From a virus (Duplodnaviria; Heunggongvirae; Uroviricota; Caudoviricetes): a stretch of 64,000 nucleotides of DNA. Each line of letters starts with the position of its first letter. The stretch's first letter is position 1. Under the pieces are notes generated by a model. That model was not told the origin of the DNA. It worked only from the letters and a program-made list of their open reading frames with translations, and made no database searches. The translations under genes and the position numbers were made by a program. The stretch is taken from the IMG/VR virus record IMGVR_UViG_3300008114_001632; one strand, 5' to 3'. Positions 57,963-64,000 of the stretch are shown piece after piece.

Positions 57963-58328
57963 TTACTTAAAGAATATTAAAGCCATCATCATAGCTTGGA
58001 CAATAAATCCAATACCAATAGTGACTAAATTTAACATGTCTTTCTGTACTGCGGCTTTAATAAACATCAGTACCAATCCAGTCCAAACTAACAGTACTAG
58101 ATCCACAGGTGGTAAACTGTCTGTTAATCCACTCATCACAGCCAGTAAACTAGGAATAGTTGAAGCATGTAATATTACAATACCTAGCCACCCAAAAGTT
58201 TCTGCTGATACTTTAGAGATTGAAGCAGAGATTGTTTCTTTAAATTGTTCAATATTAAAATTTTGCATATATTCTTTCAATCGTTCTAGGTTTTTCGTTA
58301 TAAAAGATGTGAGTTCCAATTTTTCCAA
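57963..58328 (-). CDS. small multi-TM membrane protein
   Basis: Three predicted TM helices. Confidence 0.4.
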   Translation of the reverse strand: MEKLELTSFITKNLERLKEYMQNFNIEQFKETISASISKVSAETFGWLGIVILHASTIPSLLAVMSGLTDSLPPVDLVLLVWTGLVLMFIKAAVQKDMLNLVTIGIGFIVQAMMMALIFFK

Positions 58329-58863
58329 TTTTTTCTAACTTCCATTGTGGGTTAACATAATCTGCATGATAATACAGGGCTGTTTTTAATACGTCAAGTT
58401 TAAAATTTTCCAATAATACTTTTTTGGCTACAGCATAGCTTTCTTTGTAAGCTTCTGAGTTTATTGGTCTGTTACGATGTGTTGAATCACAATACCATGA
58501 GAACTGGCATATGGTTCTTATTGTTGTAGTCTTTTGATAAACTACACCGCAAACGTCTTTTGGAAACGCTGGGTGCGCAACACGGTTTAGGGTAACTTGT
58601 GCTACGGCTACCTTTCCTTCAAAAGGCTCATAACCTGCTTCTCGATAAATGTTAAGTGCTAAACATTCGAGTTCTTTTTCTCTAGTCTTAATTGTTACAA
58701 CATCTGGGAAACTTACTCCCGCTGACATTTTGAGAGCTTGAAACTTATTGCTTGTGATGTGTTGCAGAATAACTACTGCAAACAACAAACCTACTGCAAG
58801 GGCTAATGCCCTGATTGTCTTTTCCATAAGTCCTCCTTTGACTTGGTGTGATACAAAATTCAT
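58255..58863 (-). CDS. SleB/CwlJ-type cell-wall hydrolase (possible endolysin)
   Basis: Hydrolase_2 motifs (AVAQVTLNRV, VVYQ, QFSWYCD); N-terminal TM/signal anchor. Confidence 0.6.
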   Translation of the reverse strand: MNFVSHQVKGGLMEKTIRALALAVGLLFAVVILQHITSNKFQALKMSAGVSFPDVVTIKTREKELECLALNIYREAGYEPFEGKVAVAQVTLNRVAHPAFPKDVCGVVYQKTTTIRTICQFSWYCDSTHRNRPINSEAYKESYAVAKKVLLENFKLDVLKTALYYHADYVNPQWKLEKIGKIGTHIFYNEKPRTIERIYAKF

Positions 58864-59155
58864 ATCACATTACATAAAGGGAGTTAACTTCACGAGGCTC
58901 TGAAAGAACCCTACTTTCGTGTAGTTGTCTCCATTGGACGCACAATCTCATAACTTGTGTGCCTTTGGCGACCCTTGGCGTCCCGAAAATACGGGTTTCT
59001 CATTGGCCAAGACCCGCGGAACCATTTCAGCTTGTGACATACTTTGGTTCTACTATCTCAGTTTCTGTGCGAAACGTTTAATATATATCCTATTGTACGA
59101 CATTCCATAAAGAAATGCAAGGTTTTTGACATCTTTTGACAAAATTACTTGTTAA

Positions 59156-61093
59156 TCAAACAATTTGGGTTATGTTAGCCTGTCCAAATCGGAGGCGGCG
59201 TCTCCAAAATACTCTCTCAACAAATTGAGCATCGCTCATAGTAGATTCGTTAAAGTCAAACTTTAGCGTAGTAGGTACTTTGTGTAACTCACTGGAGTGA
59301 TCGTTTAAATATTGCCAAACATTGTGTTGGTATTGTTGAGTTCGTGGATAAGAATTGCGTTCTTTGAGTGGCACGGTAAGATGTCGTTGTAGATCCATAA
59401 GGTCCTGATGCAACTCTTGCCCAAGTTCAAATTCTTTTACAAATTCATCTAACAAGTCATACCATTTGGCAACAACCTCAGGTTGAAGTGTTAGTATCAT
59501 GCGAGTATGAAATATAATACTGTTGCCATAAAGTTTGATTCCAGGTATTCCGCTGTCAAGTGTGCAACGCCCGTGTTTGAACCAATCACATAGTACATCA
59601 ATCTGTTGTTGTTTCAGTATACGATACCATTCATGCTGTTGTGCCTGTTTAAATAATTTGGTATACATTTCCTCATAGGAAACATTTTTGTAACGATTTA
59701 AGAATCTAGTAACTAAGTTGCTGTAACCGCCCACGTGCCAAGTAAACAAATTCCAGTTGAATATACTAGCTTCAATGATGTCATCAAAAGACATATGGGC
59801 AGTACTAATTACAACATCTATGCTCTCAGCTGTAACCCCAGTATTTTCATGAGCCGACGGACTAAAATAATCATAAATTTTTGTAGTCTTGATGTCGTAG
59901 ACTTCTTTTTGGACTCGATTTAATTCTGCATTTTCTAGTACTTGGCAGTAGTAGATATCGATATCGTTGTGCATACCTAGGTCTAACAGTTTCCAAAGAT
60001 TGTTTTGCCAAGACTCAAGTGTTTCTCGCGGCAACCCCATGATCAATTCGGTACCAATGGGTACACCTTTTGCTCGTCCAATTTCTAGTATTTCAGCAAT
60101 GTTGTTGCTTTTAAGATTTTTGCGTTTGATAGCATCAAGAGTATTATCGTCAAAAGTTTGTAAGCTAATCTTAAGACCTGTTGTAGGTCGTAGAGTTTTT
60201 TTGACCAGCAGTTCTACAATGTCAATTACTTCTTGATTTTGATTTTTAGCAAACGATTGAGAGATACCAGTTGGAGCACCATACTGACGCTGTAGTTCAA
60301 TAAATCGCTCTACAATTGATCGATCTCGCTCAGGAAAAATACCAAAATTAGCATCAGCAACGTGTACAAAATCTATGCGGTTACGACTCATCCATTCAAG
60401 TTCAGCATATACACGCTCTATAGTAAACTTTTTAATTTTGCTTAGTGTTAAACTACCCCAGTCACAAAATGTACACTGATACGGACAACCACGATTGGTT
60501 TCCAGTGTAGCTGACCAGTTAACCTTGGGATTATCTATTAACAGTTGATCAAAGGTGCCTGTTAGATAAGGACTGGATAAAATTGATAAATCATCAACTC
60601 GTGCTGCCTGACCAGTATCTAGTACGCTACCATTTTGATTTATTAGCACACCTGGCACATGATCAAAGTTCTCAATGTTACGCAGGATTTCAGTAAAAGT
60701 AATTTCACCTTCGTTTTTAATAATAGCATCAATCCAAGGATACTTAGAAAATATTGCAGGGTCTGACACAGCCGGCTCTGGTCCTCCAAAAATAATTAAA
60801 CAATTAGGATTGCGTAATTTAAGAGCCTCAGCTAAGTGTAAATTATATTGTAGATTCCAAACGTAGGTACTAAAGCCAACTACTGAATCGTTTTTTAATT
60901 GTTCAACTACTTGCTCTATTGGGTCACGTCGCCAGATTAATTGATTTAATTCAAACTGCGAATCAATGTCTGGTTGAGATTGAGCGTGTGCCCAAAGACA
61001 TCCAACTGTGTATGGTAAATGAAACGAATTGAGTTCTTCTGGACCTACTTGGAAATTTACTTGTACAAAACTAACTTTATGTTTTTCATTCAT
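59156..61093 (-). CDS. B12-binding-domain radical SAM protein
   Basis: CPYQCTFCDW CxxxCxxC motif with an N-terminal B12-binding-like region. Confidence 0.7.
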   Translation of the reverse strand: MNEKHKVSFVQVNFQVGPEELNSFHLPYTVGCLWAHAQSQPDIDSQFELNQLIWRRDPIEQVVEQLKNDSVVGFSTYVWNLQYNLHLAEALKLRNPNCLIIFGGPEPAVSDPAIFSKYPWIDAIIKNEGEITFTEILRNIENFDHVPGVLINQNGSVLDTGQAARVDDLSILSSPYLTGTFDQLLIDNPKVNWSATLETNRGCPYQCTFCDWGSLTLSKIKKFTIERVYAELEWMSRNRIDFVHVADANFGIFPERDRSIVERFIELQRQYGAPTGISQSFAKNQNQEVIDIVELLVKKTLRPTTGLKISLQTFDDNTLDAIKRKNLKSNNIAEILEIGRAKGVPIGTELIMGLPRETLESWQNNLWKLLDLGMHNDIDIYYCQVLENAELNRVQKEVYDIKTTKIYDYFSPSAHENTGVTAESIDVVISTAHMSFDDIIEASIFNWNLFTWHVGGYSNLVTRFLNRYKNVSYEEMYTKLFKQAQQHEWYRILKQQQIDVLCDWFKHGRCTLDSGIPGIKLYGNSIIFHTRMILTLQPEVVAKWYDLLDEFVKEFELGQELHQDLMDLQRHLTVPLKERNSYPRTQQYQHNVWQYLNDHSSELHKVPTTLKFDFNESTMSDAQFVERVFWRRRLRFGQANITQIV

Positions 61094-61102
61094 AGAGAGT
61101 AT

Positions 61103-61567
61103 TTACCTACGCATACTAGAGATGTCCACTGCTTCTTGATCACTGAAGACAGGAACCGCATTACTCTTGTGCATAGTGGCAATACCTTTTACCATAGTGC
61201 CAGTATACACTTTGGCTGGCTTAAGAGTAGCAGTGCCCAATCCGCTGTTCAAACTTTTGATATGTGCAGTTGTATTGCGACCTTCTGGAATTTTTAAACT
61301 GTATGTCGAGCTTAGGCTAGACGCCTTTGGTAAAGGCTTGCTGGGAGATTGGATTTCCCATTTCTTTTGAAAAGCCTTCCAACTTTCTTCTTGCTCACGT
61401 GCTTTTCTAGCATGTTCTGCCGAAGCGAATTTCTTCTTACCTTTTTTCTTACCGGTGGTACTGAGCCACGGGCCTTCCAAATGCATAGACATAATAACCC
61501 TTGCAAAGTTGAATACAAATATAACTATAACAGATATCAAAAAATAAATCAAATAAAATGGTAACAC
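61103..61567 (-). CDS. hypothetical basic protein
   Basis: ORF. Confidence 0.35.
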   Translation of the reverse strand: MLPFYLIYFLISVIVIFVFNFARVIMSMHLEGPWLSTTGKKKGKKKFASAEHARKAREQEESWKAFQKKWEIQSPSKPLPKASSLSSTYSLKIPEGRNTTAHIKSLNSGLGTATLKPAKVYTGTMVKGIATMHKSNAVPVFSDQEAVDISSMRR

Positions 61568-61569
61568 TC

Positions 61570-61600
61570 AAATAAAAAGCACCCAAAGGTGCTTTCTATC
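61570..61600. terminator. terminator AAAGCACCCAAAGGTGCTTTCT
   Basis: Hairpin plus T-run on both strands; same element recurs at 62738. Confidence 0.6.
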
Positions 61601-61615
61601 TGTGATTGTCTAAGT

Positions 61616-62065
61616 TTAGAACTTGTAACGAACACCGGCAGTAACACGATTACCGTCGAATGTATTAACACGGTCTTGACCATATTGACGTGCAAGATCG
61701 AGACCAACACTAACTTGTTTAGTAACTGGCAAACTTGCGCCAATACCAACAGTCATTGCATAACCGTCAGACCCAGTCTGGTTGTCCAAATATGCGACAC
61801 CAACTTTAGGAGTTACAGTTACAACACCTAGGTTAGCAACATCGTAGCCAGTAACAATGCTGTAACGATTTTGATCGTTAGTACCAGAAGTGAAACGATC
61901 AAACCCGGCTGTGACACCAACCTTGCCAAAAGATTGACCAACAGTCAAACCATAACCATCACGGTCAGTACCTGCATAATCACGAGTACCTGTTACACCT
62001 ACTTCTAAAGCAGATACCGACATTGCGGTTACTGCTAAGATTGTTGCTATTGCAATTTTCTTCAT
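61616..62065 (-). CDS. outer-membrane beta-barrel protein (OmpA-like/OmpW-like small porin)
   Basis: Signal peptide; alternating beta-strands; C-terminal ...VRYKF. Start set at MKKIAIA (AAAGGAA RBS). Confidence 0.6.
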   Translation of the reverse strand: MKKIAIATILAVTAMSVSALEVGVTGTRDYAGTDRDGYGLTVGQSFGKVGVTAGFDRFTSGTNDQNRYSIVTGYDVANLGVVTVTPKVGVAYLDNQTGSDGYAMTVGIGASLPVTKQVSVGLDLARQYGQDRVNTFDGNRVTAGVRYKF

Positions 62066-62270
62066 TTTTAATTCCTTTAAATGTATGACTAATCTAGTCA
62101 TGTGCAATTATATAGTATCTTTACTTAGAAGTCAAGCACAAAAAAGGCATAAATATATTTGAGACTTCTTAAAGCAATTCTTTCGCTGTTAAGCCTTATA
62201 TGCCAATATTATATTGGGAGTAAGTTGATCTAAGTAGTTTCCAAATAAAATCATTTATAAGGAAACTATT

Positions 62271-62735
62271 ATGAGAAAAACTATTCTCGCAGGCGCCATC
62301 GGTGTCTTATTACTAACTGGCTGTGCATCTGACAACTATCAACAATACGCCCGAACTCAAGAAAACATTGCTCTTGCAAGGGCAGAAGCAGAAATTGCTC
62401 GATACAAAGCATTAGAAGCTATTGCCAATTCAGGTGATACTACAGCTCGAGTAGCCGCGGTAATTGCACTACAACAAGGTTCTCCACAAAACAACAGTCC
62501 TAGAGTTGAACAACCCACTAGCACCGGTGACACGGCTTTACGTTGGGCTAGTGTAATTGTGCCCAGCCTTACTCAAATTTACGGTATTGGAAAAAGCACT
62601 GATCTTGCCATAGTCAACAGTAACAATAATAAAGACATTTCTATTAACACTAACCAAACTATGTTAGGGTTTGGTAAACTTATTGTTGATCCAATTGTTG
62701 GCACAGGCGACGACGTCCTTCTGTACCCACAATAA
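62271..62735 (+). CDS. lipoprotein
   Basis: LLTGC lipobox; plus strand. Confidence 0.5.
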   Translation: MRKTILAGAIGVLLLTGCASDNYQQYARTQENIALARAEAEIARYKALEAIANSGDTTARVAAVIALQQGSPQNNSPRVEQPTSTGDTALRWASVIVPSLTQIYGIGKSTDLAIVNSNNNKDISINTNQTMLGFGKLIVDPIVGTGDDVLLYPQ

Positions 62736-62737
62736 AG

Positions 62738-62764
62738 AAAAGCACCCGAGGGTGCTTTCTGGTA
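62738..62764. terminator. bidirectional terminator AAAGCACCCGAGGGTGCTTTCT
   Basis: Hairpin plus T-runs on both strands. Confidence 0.65.
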
Positions 62765-63120
62765 ATTTCTGTTACGAGGTATTTCCTACCCTAAGCAGTG
62801 TTTAGGCTGCTAATGCGTATTCGCTTGAATTTGCGTTTACTTGATTTGCTTGATTTACGGTCATCGCCTACCGTGTTGCCGTCTCCATTATCTCACCCTG
62901 TCGAAACCATGTCAGGCCCATCATAAGAATACTATTTTTCAATTTTGTGATAAACACGAACATTATTATTGTACATATAAACAACCCAGCATACGCTTAC
63001 AATTATCGTTATAGTAGCAAAAATTAATCCTTTAATCATTTTAATTTCCTTATGGTGGACCTGGCGGGAGTCGAACCCGCGTCCAGAATGCCTTCACTTT
63101 GAAGGGATTACAACAATTCC
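62763..63120 (-). ncRNA. ssrA: circularly permuted (two-piece) tmRNA (ssrA)
   Basis: Acceptor piece ends GCGGG-TTCGACT-CCCGC-CAGGTCC-A-CCA at 63053-63085. Coding piece begins GGGCCTGACATGGTTTCGACAGGG at 62902, pairing with G3:U70. Tag ORF GCAAACGCAAATTCAAGCGAATACGCATTAGCAGCCTAA = ANANSSEYALAA* at 62802-62840. Terminator at 62738. Confidence 0.6.
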
Positions 63121-63324
63121 TTAAGCAGGCTGAATATTGCTAGCCTGTTGTCCTTTCATACCCATTGTGACTTCAAATCTTACGCTCTGACCTTCTTGTA
63201 GACTTTTGAAGCCACCTGAATTAATCTGAGAGAAATGAGCAAAAAGGTCTGCTCCGCCGCTATCCGGTGTAATGAATCCAAAACCTTTGGCGTCGTTAAA
63301 CCATTTTACTTTTCCTGTTACCAT
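63121..63324 (-). CDS. cspA: cold-shock protein CspA family
   Basis: [15 protein letters not shown]1 and VFAHFS RNP2 motifs; long 5' UTR. Confidence 0.85.
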   Translation of the reverse strand: MVTGKVKWFNDAKGFGFITPDSGGADLFAHFSQINSGGFKSLQEGQSVRFEVTMGMKGQQASNIQPA

Positions 63325-63462
63325 TGTTACTTTTTCCTAATTTAAAATACCTCATTTACGTTGAGGTGTTAACGGGTTGAATACAACCATTTACATAAGA
63401 AAGTGTATAGCTAAAAGAATAGTAACAAGAATTACTACAATTACGTCACACACTTTCATTAA

Positions 63463-63567
63463 TTATTTCTTACGTGTTGAAGCCCGTTTAGCCATAGCTT
63501 TAACTGTCTTTGGCTTTGGTGGCTTTTTGCCTTTTAAGATTTGACTAACTCGTCTAGGGCTTGGCAT
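63463..63567 (-). CDS. tiny basic peptide (34 aa) MPSPRRVSQILKGKKPPKPKTVKAMAKRASTRKK
   Basis: Third of three translationally coupled K/R-rich mini-ORFs. Confidence 0.3.
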   Translation of the reverse strand: MPSPRRVSQILKGKKPPKPKTVKAMAKRASTRKK

Positions 63568-63570
63568 ATC

Positions 63571-63645
63571 TTACTTGCGCTTTTTAATAATTCTACGTGC
63601 AGTAGCTTTGATACTGCGTGGATGATGAGCTCTAAATTTAGCCAT
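63571..63645 (-). CDS. tiny basic peptide (24 aa) MAKFRAHHPRSIKATARRIIKKRK
   Basis: Start overlaps the upstream stop (TAATG). Confidence 0.3.
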   Translation of the reverse strand: MAKFRAHHPRSIKATARRIIKKRK

Positions 63646-63716
63646 TATTTGCTCCTTTTAAGGGCACGTTTTGCCGCACGAACTGCACGGACTTTTTGAG
63701 AGTATTGTCTTGCCAT
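63645..63716 (-). CDS. tiny basic peptide (23 aa) MARQYSQKVRAVRAAKRALKRSK
   Basis: AAAGGAA RBS; the promoter at 63754-63782 lies immediately upstream. Confidence 0.3.
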   Translation of the reverse strand: MARQYSQKVRAVRAAKRALKRSK

Positions 63717-63753
63717 TTTAATTCCTTTATTAAAAGTTGCTTACATATCTATA

Positions 63754-63782
63754 TTTATAACAGATCTAAGCAAAGATGTCAA
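63754..63782 (-). promoter_or_regulatory. sigma70 promoter TTGACA-17-TATAAA (minus)
   Basis: Hexamers with 17-nt spacer. Confidence 0.55.
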
Positions 63783-64000
63783 CCTCTGATTTGCTTGTTT
63801 CTTTGGTTTTTTCTGGGCGAATTGGTTCTAACCAAGTATCGGGTATGTAGGCCTGCGGAGATACACCAAGCAATGTAGATAAGTCTTCTGCTTCTATCCA
63901 CCAATAATGATCTGTTACTGCACACTTACAGGGCATAGTTCTAAATTCAAACAGTTCACCTTGCTCAAACTTTCCAATATATTCTTTTACCTTAACAACA
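63772..64000 (-). CDS. hypothetical protein, C-terminal part (gene starts beyond window end)
   Basis: Open frame to the window end; stop at 63772-63774. Confidence 0.35.

Noticed and set aside
1-64000. Interpretation as a reduced bacterial chromosome, because of rpoZ, infA, rpsU, cspA, clpP, tmRNA and the tRNAs
   Set aside because: These genes are scattered singly among phage-type genes (endo VII, Pnk-like, UvdE, ligase, HNH, fibre-like ORFs, dozens of tiny overlapping ORFs), under phage-like consensus promoters. No operon context typical of bacteria is present, such as rpsU-dnaG-rpoD or infA with the ribosomal protein cluster.

Overview
This 64-kb window is a gene-dense, low-GC accessory region that almost certainly comes from a very large (jumbo or huge) phage, probably marine or cyanophage-like. 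Most protein genes lie on the minus strand. Phage hallmarks are an ATP-dependent DNA ligase, an endonuclease VII, a Pnk-like kinase with phosphoesterases, UvdE, an HNH-like protein, a ClpP protease, a SleB-like hydrolase, tail-fibre-like ORFs, many tiny paralogous ORFs, and sigma70-consensus TTGACA-17-TATAAT-type promoters (four exactly consensus). The region also carries an unusually large host-takeover set of translation and stress genes. There are 26 minus-strand tRNAs plus one non-canonical plus-strand tRNA-like gene, together covering all 20 amino acids. An rpoZ-like ORF sits inside a tRNA operon. The window also holds IF-1 (infA), ribosomal protein S21 (rpsU), CspA, a TilS-like lysidine synthetase, and what looks like a circularly permuted two-piece tmRNA (tag ANANSSEYALAA, G3:U70). 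Further host-like genes are ClpS, Hsp20, GuaC, the AhpC/AhpD peroxidase pair, and a heme oxygenase plus ferredoxin-dependent bilin reductase pair. A curli-like CsgG/CsgF/curlin module, a CHASE2 adenylate cyclase and a 23-aa PqqA-like precursor peptide are also present. Several ORF-free, promoter-driven stretches probably encode ncRNAs or decayed tRNAs. These are a 1.27-kb degenerate-repeat region, a 0.65-kb structured region, and a promoter-to-terminator unit. All calls come from reading the sequence and the ORF translations by eye; no searches were run.
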